From positions 1-64,000 of IMG/VR virus record IMGVR_UViG_3300035212_003113: a DNA stretch of 64,000 bases. One strand, given 5' to 3'. Shown piece after piece: positions 45,843 to 56,000 of the stretch (positions are counted from its first letter, which is position 1; the number at the start of each line of letters is the position of its first letter). The position numbers were made by a program, and so were the translations under genes. The notes beneath the pieces were generated by a model that was not told the origin of the DNA, searched no databases, and was given only the letters and a program-made list of their open reading frames with translations.

Positions 45843-46954
45843 AGATTTTTGAGAAGTCCAATAACGATCTCGGTTCTATTTATATCGTCTACGAGTCGCC
45901 TGTCAAGAACGAAGACCCACATCTGAAAGGTATGTCGCACCTGCTTGAGCACATGATCTGCTGCTCGCTGGACGATGTAGAGGAGCGGCTTGATCAGCAC
46001 TGCTTGACGTATAATGCTTATACCGGTGGTGATGAAGTAGTATTCTATCTGTCCGGCCTGAGCAGCGAGCTGGCCAAGTTCCGTGAGCTTTTCTTCGAGC
46101 GCATCCTGAGCTACCGTCCTACGCTGGAGCACTTCAACAAGGAAAAGAATATCGTCTTGCAGGAGTATGACGATGCCTATAGCGAGAGTGGCTTCTCCAG
46201 CTTTGCTAATTATTCAAGCGTTCGCTTTGGTTATGTAGGTCCGATTGGCGTTCGCTCTGCAATCGAGAGCGTAACGTTCGAGCAGATTTGTGATCTGCAT
46301 GCACGGGCTTTCTCGCGGCCATCAAAGGTTATCGTTGTAGACCAGAATGACGTAGATGTACAGACCGATTTTGCGGACACTAGCGCCTCGTCGTATACCG
46401 GTTATAAGCACGTTAATCACGAAGCACCAGTTGTGCCTAGCAGCATTAATGTTCTGAGCGCTTCGCCGCTACTGCCGTTGGACGGGGTATATCACCTGCA
46501 TATCGTTCAGTCTGTTCTGGGATACGGCCTTAAGAGCCCGCTTTATCAGGAGCTGCGCGAGAAGGCTTCGCTCTGTTATTGGGTATCTGCGGGTGGCTAT
46601 AAGATGAACGACGATCATATTATGGTCGTATCTACGTCTACGAAAGATACAAATGTGGCTCGCATCAAGGAATTGACACTGGACGTTCTCTCGAATCCCG
46701 AGCGCCATCTTACCCGTGATCGATTTGACATGATGATGCAGAATCGCCGCATCGCTAATAAGATTGCCGAGCAGAACCTTGCTGCTCATGCATACCGCAA
46801 GCATCTGAATTCGGCAAACGAGCGGGTGTCATTCCTGAAGAACATTGACAGGATTACTTATGAGTCTACGCTTGATTACTTCAACCGGAACCTGAATCCG
46901 CGCAACGTCGCATGGGAGCAGGTAGATGACCGAGATGTCCGTCAGATGAGCTGA
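45839..46954 (+). CDS. M16 family (insulinase-like) zinc peptidase
   Basis: HLLEH inverted motif, YNAYT, EKNIVLQE, LYQELREK..LCY. Confidence 0.85.
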   Translation: MKIFEKSNNDLGSIYIVYESPVKNEDPHLKGMSHLLEHMICCSLDDVEERLDQHCLTYNAYTGGDEVVFYLSGLSSELAKFRELFFERILSYRPTLEHFNKEKNIVLQEYDDAYSESGFSSFANYSSVRFGYVGPIGVRSAIESVTFEQICDLHARAFSRPSKVIVVDQNDVDVQTDFADTSASSYTGYKHVNHEAPVVPSSINVLSASPLLPLDGVYHLHIVQSVLGYGLKSPLYQELREKASLCYWVSAGGYKMNDDHIMVVSTSTKDTNVARIKELTLDVLSNPERHLTRDRFDMMMQNRRIANKIAEQNLAAHAYRKHLNSANERVSFLKNIDRITYESTLDYFNRNLNPRNVAWEQVDDRDVRQMS

Positions 46955-46960
46955 TGAGCG

Positions 46961-46999
46961 ACCAGTAGAGAAGAGGCTATCTACTTCTTCTCTACTGGT
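46961..46999. terminator. 14-bp hairpin after peptidase gene
   Basis: ACCAGTAGAGAAGA/TCTTCTCTACTGGT; no clear T tract. Confidence 0.5.
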
Positions 47000-47025
47000 T
47001 ATCTGGATTGCTTAGTGGAACGGCA

Positions 47026-47337
47026 ATGAAATTAGATCACTTCGAAGCACGCAGTCATGCGCTAGAGCAGTTCGGGCGTCCTGCGTTTGAATGTACTGCG
47101 TGGACTGCGTGGCGGCCATCCCGCAATGATTGTGGCATAGAGCTAATCCTGCGGCCTGATGGCCTGTTCTGCTTCGGCATAAATGGTAATCGCGGCTTTG
47201 CTTTTCGTGCCGATTATAGCAAGCTAACGGCTGCAAATCTCCGGAGTATTGCCTGGAGCACCGGCTTTAGTTGGACGGTGGCGGATGAGCTGGCCAGTAA
47301 GTTTGGCTGCGTAGTGGACCCGACCCGTGAAGCTTAG
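47026..47337 (+). CDS. family C-like protein
   Basis: MKLDHFE...DYSKLT. Confidence 0.6.
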   Translation: MKLDHFEARSHALEQFGRPAFECTAWTAWRPSRNDCGIELILRPDGLFCFGINGNRGFAFRADYSKLTAANLRSIAWSTGFSWTVADELASKFGCVVDPTREA

Positions 47338-47638
47338 AGACTGGGAGACGACGCAGCTCCTCACCGCCTTACTAGGAGCAGAGGAAGACGCCTATCTCGG
47401 AATAGCCAGCAGCAGCTTGAATGTGCGCAAGTGGATTGTGCGTCCTGGTTTCACGATCTATCAGAAAGGCGACGAGATCTGCATAGGGGTAGATGGCCTG
47501 CTAGGCAGTTACTTTGTACCCAGTCTGGATAAGATTACGGCAGAATCTATCGCAAAGGTTGGCCGAATGATAATAGATGCCTCTCTTGATGATGACGGCT
47601 GGGGTGATCCGCTTATCGCAGAGCGAGCTTTTACCTAG
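47327..47638 (+). CDS. family C paralog
   Basis: WIVRPGFTIYQ...YF.P.LDKIT; matches 31868. Confidence 0.75.
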   Translation: MKLRDWETTQLLTALLGAEEDAYLGIASSSLNVRKWIVRPGFTIYQKGDEICIGVDGLLGSYFVPSLDKITAESIAKVGRMIIDASLDDDGWGDPLIAERAFT

Positions 47639-47646
47639 TAGGGCAG

Positions 47647-47958
47647 ATGAAACTAGAATCATATGAAATGCGACAAGCATTCCTTGCCAACGACATAGCT
47701 GCTGTCATAAGTACCGCGGAAAAGGTTTTTCAAATTACTGCTCCGGCAAGCGCAAAGGCAAATGCAGCTATCTACACTGGTACTATCTTTAATTACGCGA
47801 TTGATATCTTCCTAGACAATGGCATACGAAGAATGCGTTATGTTTGGTATGAGTACGAGGGCTTCTTCTCTGTCAGGGTACCAGGACTTCTTGCATCCGC
47901 CGCCTACCGCAATACTCCTCTTATAAGAATCTGGCGAAAAACTGATGAAGCTGCTTGA
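47647..47958 (+). CDS. family A paralog
   Basis: MKLESYEMRQAF...YVW...GF. Confidence 0.8.
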   Translation: MKLESYEMRQAFLANDIAAVISTAEKVFQITAPASAKANAAIYTGTIFNYAIDIFLDNGIRRMRYVWYEYEGFFSVRVPGLLASAAYRNTPLIRIWRKTDEAA

Positions 47959-48235
47959 CTTCCAAATCCGGTCGGCACTTGCTGAGCACTCATGGGATGA
48001 GGCTGCTCGCTTACTAGCCGGCGCATTCGCAGAAAAATTCCCACAATTTAATTGTGAGAGCGCAATAGATGGTGCAAGCTTCTGCACTACGCCTAACGCT
48101 GGCAAGCTGCTCGAGGTACAGATCCGGTACCGACATGATGTTATCTTTTGGCAGAATGGCAAGACGGGATTCTACCACTATCCTGTTAACTATGTCACGC
48201 CCATGGTACTGATATTCGCGCCTGGCTGCCTATAG
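47945..48235 (+). CDS. family A paralog
   Basis: MKLLDFQI...SW...FW...GF. Confidence 0.8.
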   Translation: MKLLDFQIRSALAEHSWDEAARLLAGAFAEKFPQFNCESAIDGASFCTTPNAGKLLEVQIRYRHDVIFWQNGKTGFYHYPVNYVTPMVLIFAPGCL

Positions 48236-48236
48236 G

Positions 48237-48491
48237 CTAGCGCTTCTTCTCGCTTATCTTAAGCAGGATGTATGTTCCTATGATGCTGCCAACTACACTG
48301 AACGGCAGCATGCGATTATCGCCTACATATGCCAGGGTAATCCCTGAGTTAACCAGGCCCAATAGGCCGCTTGATAGCGCAGCCTTTATAGCATCGCCTT
48401 CGCCTATACGCCGAATGGTGTATGCCCATACTGCATTGGCGGCACAACTTAGAACAAGAATTCCGACGGCTTTGAGGCACAGCATTGACAT
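48237..48491 (-). CDS. small multi-pass membrane protein
   Basis: three hydrophobic segments; start at MSMLC. Confidence 0.6.
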   Translation of the reverse strand: MSMLCLKAVGILVLSCAANAVWAYTIRRIGEGDAIKAALSSGLLGLVNSGITLAYVGDNRMLPFSVVGSIIGTYILLKISEKKR

Positions 48492-48529
48492 TGTAAATTC
48501 CAGCGATAGAGAATGGGATCGGTGTCTGC

Positions 48530-48817
48530 ATGAAGCTAGACGACTATCGGATGCGACAACTATTGAATGCTGGAGAGTGGCAAGATGCACTTAGGCTGCT
48601 GGCAGAAGTTCATTCGCTTCCTGAGCTAGACTATCCGCTAAAAATCAATTTTATAGAGGCGGATGAACCCGATGATTTTGGCATCAGCCTTTATCATGCC
48701 GGCTACTATTATGACTGGGTTGCTGATAGCGGTGGCTTCTGGGGTCCGTGGCCAGCCAACATTCCGGTAGGCTCGCATGGCATATGCCGATTGCCCGCAG
48801 GCTGGAAGAAGGAATAA
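48530..48817 (+). CDS. family A paralog
   Basis: MKLDDYRM...EW...YDW...GF. Confidence 0.8.
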   Translation: MKLDDYRMRQLLNAGEWQDALRLLAEVHSLPELDYPLKINFIEADEPDDFGISLYHAGYYYDWVADSGGFWGPWPANIPVGSHGICRLPAGWKKE

Positions 48818-48819
48818 CC

Positions 48820-49227
48820 ATGAGCACGCTATTCAATCCTGAATGGGCAAAACGCAACGGCGAATGGGTGCTTGCATCCGCGCAACATATCGGCAAAGTG
48901 GCAGTACAGATTGCGCGAGACTACAGCTGGGCAGTATTCGGCATTGCGGATGGCGGGCAGGTAGCAGGCGGGACTGTGTCAGATTACATAGAAGCTTTTG
49001 CTGCGGCAGAAGCAGTCATGGGCTATAAGTACCTGCTTGATCCAGAATACGAAATGGATGCCGGCTGTCGCTGCGGTTCTTGTACCAGTCCTACTGGCAG
49101 GTGGATTGTATCTAATCGTGCAGATACGGTAGAAGAATATTTTAACAGCGAGGGCGAGGCAGTCGCCTGGATATTGGAGCAACATGGGTCCGCACTACCT
49201 GATGCAAGCCGGCGGGGTGATGAGTGA
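48820..49227 (+). CDS. hypothetical protein
   Basis: AAGGA SD. Confidence 0.6.
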   Translation: MSTLFNPEWAKRNGEWVLASAQHIGKVAVQIARDYSWAVFGIADGGQVAGGTVSDYIEAFAAAEAVMGYKYLLDPEYEMDAGCRCGSCTSPTGRWIVSNRADTVEEYFNSEGEAVAWILEQHGSALPDASRRGDE

Positions 49228-49906
49228 AGAAAAAATACTTATTGCCGCATCTGACAACAGGTACAGCCATGTTCCGTACGCAGACCTGCATCGCGTTGCC
49301 GTCAGGAGCGAAACAGTACCTGTCGGATCAGTAGAGTTTGTCCGGCGCTACGCAGAGATAAATGATGTTGTTCTGCCGCAGCTACCTACCTATCCTGCCG
49401 CACTAAACCATTATCTAGGTCGGCTAGTATGGCGCTGTCGGTATGCTGACGTACCAGCGGATGCCTTTTGCAAACCACTGCGAACAAAACTTTTTACCGG
49501 CGGCATCCGCTCTACCATTACGGAGACTGTGCCTGACGAAGAGATCGTCTTGGCAGCAGAATCCGTAGCATTTGATGCAGAGTTTCGATACTACATATTA
49601 GACGGCAGGATTATTGGCCACTCCAGGTATGACGCCGGAGATGAGCCGGCTGAGCCTGATCCGGCAGTGGTGCAGGCAATGGTTCGTGATTATGCCGATG
49701 CCCCTTGCGGGTATGCGCTTGATGTAGGTATTTGCGGCGGCAAGACGCTGCTCGTAGAGGTAAACGACGGCTGGTCTATTGGCTACTACCGCTGGGGCGA
49801 CATGAAGCCGCGAGCCTACATGGATCTGATCTCTGCTCGCTGGCAGGAAATACTTGCCGAGCAGACGGGGGCGGTCGGGCCTAAAACCGCCGGGTCGCGA
49901 TCATGA
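49220..49906 (+). CDS. ATP-grasp domain protein (DUF4343-type)
   Basis: FCKP..KLFTG, EFRYYI, YALDVG, LVEVND. Confidence 0.75.
   Translation: MSEEKILIAASDNRYSHVPYADLHRVAVRSETVPVGSVEFVRRYAEINDVVLPQLPTYPAALNHYLGRLVWRCRYADVPADAFCKPLRTKLFTGGIRSTITETVPDEEIVLAAESVAFDAEFRYYILDGRIIGHSRYDAGDEPAEPDPAVVQAMVRDYADAPCGYALDVGICGGKTLLVEVNDGWSIGYYRWGDMKPRAYMDLISARWQEILAEQTGAVGPKTAGSRS
49881..49906 (+). promoter_or_regulatory. motif copy 15 (variant)
   Basis: CTAAA accgccgggtcgc GATCATGA. Confidence 0.55.
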
Positions 49907-49922
49907 TGCGCCGAGGTTGCCA

Positions 49923-50228
49923 TTGAAGCTGCTGAGCTATGCTATCAAGTCTGCCATAGACGAGGCGCGCTGGGAAGATTCCTTGCAATTGCTGCTCAAC
50001 AGCTTTGGCCTAGAGCTGCCGTCTGCCACAAGGATAAGAGTACTAGGCGTCATATTCAATGACCCGGATATTCGCATGTGCGCGCATGATAGCATGTATG
50101 GCTGGAATCCGCACTCTGGAGCAATGCTCCTTTATAAAACAAGGCTGAAAATTTCACCTTATGCAGACATAACAGTCAAAAGCAGCGTGCCAATAATCTA
50201 TGGAACTCCACAACTTTGGAATCGCTGA
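49923..50228 (+). CDS. family A paralog
   Basis: TTG MKLLSYAI...RW...FGL...YGW. Confidence 0.75.
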   Translation: MKLLSYAIKSAIDEARWEDSLQLLLNSFGLELPSATRIRVLGVIFNDPDIRMCAHDSMYGWNPHSGAMLLYKTRLKISPYADITVKSSVPIIYGTPQLWNR

Positions 50229-50360
50229 AGCCCTAGGCGAAAGTCGCTGGACAGACTGCATGCCGGGCTTAAAGAAGCCTGTTGGTTTGAAACTGGCGAA
50301 ACCACATTATTATCCAGATCTCACGAGCTATACTCTGCTTATGTGTTCCTTAAGTAAAAT

Positions 50361-50621
50361 ATGAAGCTCGATAATTATCAAATGCTTGAGGCATTTCACG
50401 AAGAGAACTGGCGGAGCGCCATAGCTATGCTGAGGCAGCACTTCTGTCTGGAATCGCCCCCGCATCTTTGCTACGAGGTGCTAGAGCACGAACACCATGC
50501 TGAGTGCGTAGAGATCAGACAGGATAACGTGATCTATTATTGGCATGAATGCGATGGGTTTACGAATTCACGCAAGCTACCGACAACGAATGCAACGCTT
50601 ATATATTGCAGGCCGCCGTAG
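50361..50621 (+). CDS. family A paralog
   Basis: MKLDNYQM...NW...HF...YYW...GF. Confidence 0.8.
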   Translation: MKLDNYQMLEAFHEENWRSAIAMLRQHFCLESPPHLCYEVLEHEHHAECVEIRQDNVIYYWHECDGFTNSRKLPTTNATLIYCRPP

Positions 50622-50675
50622 AGTAAGTAACAGCAACAGTTTGGTGCGCGTACTATTGCGAACCAGCGAGGTAAT

Positions 50676-51050
50676 GTGATGACAGCAGAGGACATTAAAA
50701 GCGCAGATTTGTGCCCTGTTACAGTTACGGAAGAAGCTCTGCTGCAATTCCGGGCAGCCTATTCTGCGGACCCAGGTCCCGATGTCTTTGGCATTAGGAT
50801 CGGCGTAAAGGGCGGTGGTTGCTCTGGATTCATGCACAATCTTGAGTTCATCAAACGGGCGGATGTCGACCCGGAAGAAGATTCCATTTATCTTGTGGGC
50901 GGGCTACACTTTGTAATCGACTGCTTCAGCGAGCCGTATTTAAAAGGCACTACGGTTGACTATCTGCGCACACTACAAGAAAGCGGCTTCAAGTTCCGTT
51001 CTGACGAGATCCGGCGCACATGTGGTTGCGGCGCTTCTTTTTCCAAGTGA
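50676..51050 (+). CDS. iscA: HesB/IscA-family Fe-S cluster assembly protein
   Basis: GVKGGGCSG and CGCGASF motifs. Confidence 0.9.
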   Translation: MMTAEDIKSADLCPVTVTEEALLQFRAAYSADPGPDVFGIRIGVKGGGCSGFMHNLEFIKRADVDPEEDSIYLVGGLHFVIDCFSEPYLKGTTVDYLRTLQESGFKFRSDEIRRTCGCGASFSK

Positions 51051-51346
51051 AGCTGGCATCGTATCTCATGCGAGAAGCCTTTGATGCCCAAGACTGGGAC
51101 AGTGTAATTTCTATTTTAATAGATCATTTCGGCTTACAAAGCGCAACACAACTAATCCAATCTTCGGCGCCTAAACTAGGTACTGGTTACTGGGACACTG
51201 CATTTATCTACATGGGCAAATCGAAATACTGCTGGAATTCCTATTGTGGCTTTTATCGCGGTATTGTATTTAATAGCTCAGGCCTTGACGCATTCGTGTG
51301 TATTGCCAAGGGGATAGGCGACGTCCCTCACACGGTTAGCAAATGA
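51047..51346 (+). CDS. family A paralog
   Basis: GTG MKLASYLM...DW...HFGL...YCW...GF. Confidence 0.8.
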   Translation: MKLASYLMREAFDAQDWDSVISILIDHFGLQSATQLIQSSAPKLGTGYWDTAFIYMGKSKYCWNSYCGFYRGIVFNSSGLDAFVCIAKGIGDVPHTVSK

Positions 51347-51627
51347 AGCTAGCATCTTATGCGATAGCCGATGCTATTGAGAGAAGAGACTGGCTAGGCG
51401 CAGCGAGATGCCTCGCAGATCATTTTGGCATAACTGGCTCTCTCCCGCCTCTTGAGCAGATAAAGCTAAAGGTGGATTGCGATACGGGCAACGTATGCTG
51501 CATGAGTATATCAGTTGGGCATCGCATCTATTATTGGGAAGAGGGCGGATGCTTTGAGGGCGGCCTCCTGCGCTACCCACGAGAAGTTCCTAGCATTTTT
51601 ATAGAGTGCCGCAATGAAAATACTTGA
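51343..51627 (+). CDS. family A paralog
   Basis: MKLASYAI...DW...HFGI...YYW. Confidence 0.8.
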   Translation: MKLASYAIADAIERRDWLGAARCLADHFGITGSLPPLEQIKLKVDCDTGNVCCMSISVGHRIYYWEEGGCFEGGLLRYPREVPSIFIECRNENT

Positions 51628-51880
51628 CTATGCTGTAGCAGATGCACTCTCCCGCAGGTCATGGCAGGAAGCTCTGCGAATACTGTTTCTTAATTTTAAT
51701 CTCGATCCTAACGGTGCCTCTTCTATTTTCATAGAAGAGTATGTCGCCAGGCGCCCTAGTGTGGCCTACCACGACGGCAATCGCATTTACTCGTGGACAG
51801 AGGGCTTTGGCTGGAAATGTTCTGATGGATGGACCAGTGGTCGACCGCGAGCATGGATCAAGATACCGAAAACCAAATGA
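51614..51880 (+). CDS. family A paralog
   Basis: MKILDYAV...SW...YSW...GF. Confidence 0.8.
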   Translation: MKILDYAVADALSRRSWQEALRILFLNFNLDPNGASSIFIEEYVARRPSVAYHDGNRIYSWTEGFGWKCSDGWTSGRPRAWIKIPKTK

Positions 51881-52176
51881 AACTCAACCATTACCGGATG
51901 ATTTGCGCGTTCGAGAGCAAAGACTGGAAAAGTGCTGTCGCGATCCTAGTGGATCAGTTCAAGCTTACAGGCATTAGCCAGGTACAGCTAGAGCATTATC
52001 CTGTTGTTCGTTTTCCAGGTTACCGAGAAATATTTCTTACTTTGCCTGGTCATCAGGGCTATTCTTGGATGCCAGAGGATTCTTTCATCAGTGAGATCTG
52101 TGGACCGGTTACCTGCCCCACGGTCAGCCTATGGTACCCGTCATCAGTAAGGCATAGTGAGGTTCTAGATCTTTGA
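51877..52176 (+). CDS. family A paralog
   Basis: MKLNHYRM...DW...YSW. Confidence 0.8.
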   Translation: MKLNHYRMICAFESKDWKSAVAILVDQFKLTGISQVQLEHYPVVRFPGYREIFLTLPGHQGYSWMPEDSFISEICGPVTCPTVSLWYPSSVRHSEVLDL

Positions 52177-52196
52177 AGTGAGGGATTTGATTAGTC

Positions 52197-52838
52197 ATGG
52201 GAAAAAAGAAGTACACCGATATCTATATCGCTGAAGACAGTAATGGTCTTATTCGCATATCTTGCGAGCGCGACAATTCGCTAGCCAATGCCCGCTGGCG
52301 CAGTACTAAGGCCGTGACTATTTATGGACGCGGCAACAGTTGGGCTGGCAGCTGTCGCATGACCAAGTCCGCTCGCAAGGAGTACTACAGAGCAGGCTTG
52401 ACCCGTTCGATTGATACAGGCAGGTCCGTCTACATGGACGGCGCTATATGTGCATTTGCACAAGGACTTGTGCGACTAGAAGAACTAGGAAGTGGAAAAG
52501 CCGATTTGCCGCGCAGTGCCGATCTTTGTCTAGGAACATGGAATGATGACAATGGCAATGTGAATCTAGTAGTTAGGTACCGCGGCATCCTTGCAAAAGC
52601 GCTAACTGGTCCGCCAGACTATCCTTCCAATACTTATACTCTGATGCTCGCTGTGTACTGCGGTGGCAAGCTGAACAAGATGGTGCAACTAAAGCATCGC
52701 GCTCATAACAAGCAGGTCGCAGAGATCGCTGGCATTATAGATGAGGTGGCAGATGGCAGAAGAAAACGTAACAGTCGAAGACGTGGCGCTTCAGGAAGCC
52801 GTGCGAGTTCTGCGGCTAATCGCCGAACAGGGCGGTGA
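52197..52838 (+). CDS. hypothetical basic protein
   Basis: 213-aa ORF. Confidence 0.6.
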   Translation: MGKKKYTDIYIAEDSNGLIRISCERDNSLANARWRSTKAVTIYGRGNSWAGSCRMTKSARKEYYRAGLTRSIDTGRSVYMDGAICAFAQGLVRLEELGSGKADLPRSADLCLGTWNDDNGNVNLVVRYRGILAKALTGPPDYPSNTYTLMLAVYCGGKLNKMVQLKHRAHNKQVAEIAGIIDEVADGRRKRNSRRRGASGSRASSAANRRTGR

Positions 52839-53009
52839 CATAGTTGAGCCGTGGTCGACAGAGATGGCTCGGCTAGCCCTGTCGACAATTTTGCCCATTG
52901 GCAAATAGCGATTCGTTGGTACACTTGCCTTCTATGTAAAGCTTCCAGACTGCTTCTAATATTAGTTGTATAAAAAGACTGATATCAGAAAGATGCACCT
53001 GGAGGCGCC

Positions 53010-56000
53010 ATGACTATGATTTTTGATCCGGTAATGCTAGATCCCATGCCAGGAGACCGGTCTGGCGGACCTGCCTATGCCAGCGGCAGCATTGGCAATA
53101 TGCTGTATACTGCGGCTATGGCTGGTAGCGATGGCAACCTAATTGGCGTTACGCATAACCTAGCGCCCGCCACCTCTGCTGTAGCGGCCTCGCTAAGCAT
53201 TGACGGCATGACCTACCGCGCCCGCAACGCTGGAGTGGGCGGCAACTCTATAACGGTTCAACACAGCTCTGCGGCCATTGCAGCAATTGCAGCAGGCGCC
53301 ACCATAGGCGGCATCGCTTATACCGCAATAAGCTCTGGCGCTGCTGGTAATAATATATCAGTAACCGCATCGCTAGGCTCTGCTGCTGTTGCCGGCACCG
53401 CCACCCTAAATAGAAGCATTCCTTCTCTGGGAGTAGATTGGCCATTCACCATCACTGATAAGCCGGCTTACTATGGCGTACCAACAACTGTTCGCCTCAT
53501 GGGCAGCAGCATAGAGACGCCCTCTGCCGCTCTGCCTGCAACTGGCGTGAACGATCCGTATTTCGCAAATACTCCGATACTGGTTCGGGCCGGGTCAACG
53601 TCCACCGTAATTAACAACAATACCTTTCGCGATTCCAGCACCAATGCGCTGACAGTTTCTAGAACAGGAAACGTACAGCAGGGTACCTTCTCTCCGCATA
53701 CAAAGCCCGATGGATACTGGAGCACTTTCTTTAGCTCGAGTAGCGACTATATGTCGGTCACAGATAATGTGGCCTTCACGTTTACTGGCGACTTTACAAT
53801 TGAAGCCTGGATCAGTCCTACTGTTGCTGCATCTCAGTCGATAGTATCCCACTGGCAATCAGGCCTGGCCACCGGTTGCTCTTTTGCTCTTCATCTAACG
53901 GCAACGAATGCTCTTCGCTTTTCGTACGGGATTGGGCCGACTAACCTTGCCATTGAGAGCGCGGCCTCCGCAATAACCCTCAATCAGTGGAGCCATGTTG
54001 CGGTCTCACGCAGCGGAACATCTCTCATGATGTTCGTAAATGGTCAGCTAGTTAACAGCACCACGGCATCAGGGTCTCTTAACAATTGCCCTAACCCACT
54101 GTATATTGGAACCACAACAACCGATTTTTTTAGAGGATATATTTCGAACCTGCGCCTTGTCAAAGGCACTGCTGTCTACACTGGCGCCTTTAGTGTACCG
54201 ACGTCTCCTTTGACTGCTGTCTCAGGCACCTCGCTACTGACCTGCCAGAGCAACAACGTATTTGATCGATCAAGCAATGGATTTACGATTACGGCATCTT
54301 ATGCCAAGGTATTGCCAATCGGTCCTTTCGCTAGCCCAGAGTACACTGTCGCCACTAATGGCGCCAGCGCGTACTTTGATGGAGTTGGTGATCTGGCTGC
54401 CATATCAGATAACAATGCATTTACCCTATCTGGCAACTTCACAATTGAGGCATGGATCTACGCCGATCTATCAACGGGTGCGGCAGCAGAGCAGACTATT
54501 GCTGCTCATTGGCTAAGTGCTTCTGCGATTGCATCTTCGTTCATCCTTGCCACTACCTCTACAACGGGCGTTAAGTTCACGTACGCAGTCGGATCAACTA
54601 CTGCAACGCTAACTGGTGCTGCTGGCTCGCTGCGCTCAAGCGCATGGAACCATGTGGCAGTAACTCGCTCAAGCGGCAGCATACGCCTTTTTGCCAATGG
54701 CAGACAGGTTGCTTCCGGTTTTAGCGCATCGGCACTTAACAATAGCACAAGCAACCTGACCCTTGGCTACAGGACCTCGACAGAGACCTTTTATCTAAAA
54801 GGCTACGTGAGCGATTTCCGTGTGATAAATGGCTCTGCTGCTTATACTGCTGCCTTCGCTGTGCCGACAGCTCCTCTTACTGTTGCTCCCTCGACTGCTC
54901 TGCTGCTTAGCTTTGCAAACGCAGAGATACAGAATCTGGGCGGTTTATCAAATATTGAAACAGCTGGTAGCACAATTTCGTGGTCTATTGGTAATAAGTA
55001 CAACTCAAAGAGCGTCTACTTTGACGGCGTTGGAGATTACCTATCGATTGGCCCCGTAAACAATCCGCACCTTGCGATTGGCACGGCAGACTTTACAATT
55101 GAGGCGTGGATTTATAGAACTGCTGGTGGCAGCGGATTCCCGGCCCTATATGCTAACTATGGCGGATCCCGTAGCGGTGCCCACCTACTTAGAATAATAG
55201 GACCCACAAATAAAGCCGCATTCTATGTCTACCCGTCGACTGATGTCGTAACCTCTACCTCAGACATTGCCCTAAATACATGGACGCATATTGCTGTCTC
55301 AAGGTCTGGCTCTAACACGTACCTATATGTCAATGGTGTACTTGAGGCTTCTTCGACTACAGCTTATACTCTGACGTCAGACCCATTGCACCCAGCAACC
55401 TCTGGTGGCTACTGGCAATCAGCTGCCATAGAGCCTAATGGTTACTTCACAGGGCGTATTGAAGACTTGCGAGTGACGGTCGGTGTCGCGCGATACGAGG
55501 GTGCTACCTCTGTTACGCGTGAGCTTAGCGGCAGCACAGAAATTGTTCGCTTCCCAAATAATACAAGCGTCAACCAGATTCTAGCAGTAGTTGGAGATGG
55601 CGGCACCAATGTATCATCGCGGGTAAGCATTAGTGCTACGCCAAGCACAGCGACTCTATCGTTCACTGATCCTGCATCAAACCCAGGAGCAACGACATCT
55701 GGCGGATCTTCTGCGGCTCCTCTGTCAGTGGCAGTCACCGGCAGCGACATAAGCATAACTCTGTCGGCATCAGGTTCGACGTCAGCCGAGGTTTGCACTC
55801 TGCTGACAAATACTGCTAGCACTGCTGCTCTTGTCTCTGCTACTCCCTCTGTCGAGTCAGCAAGCGCTGCTGCTAAGACATTCCTGTCTGGTGGCGTCAA
55901 CGCAAGTGCAGGAGTCCTCGCAGCCTCGGCAAGTGGCGACGCAGTATCCATATCCGTACCGGTCGGCACAACAAATGTTGAACTCAAATCCTTCCTAGAG

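Noticed and set aside
46951-47010. CTGATGAG followed by a long stem (hammerhead-like start)
   Set aside because: The stem is not followed by GAAA, so the catalytic core is incomplete; CTGA overlaps the peptidase stop.
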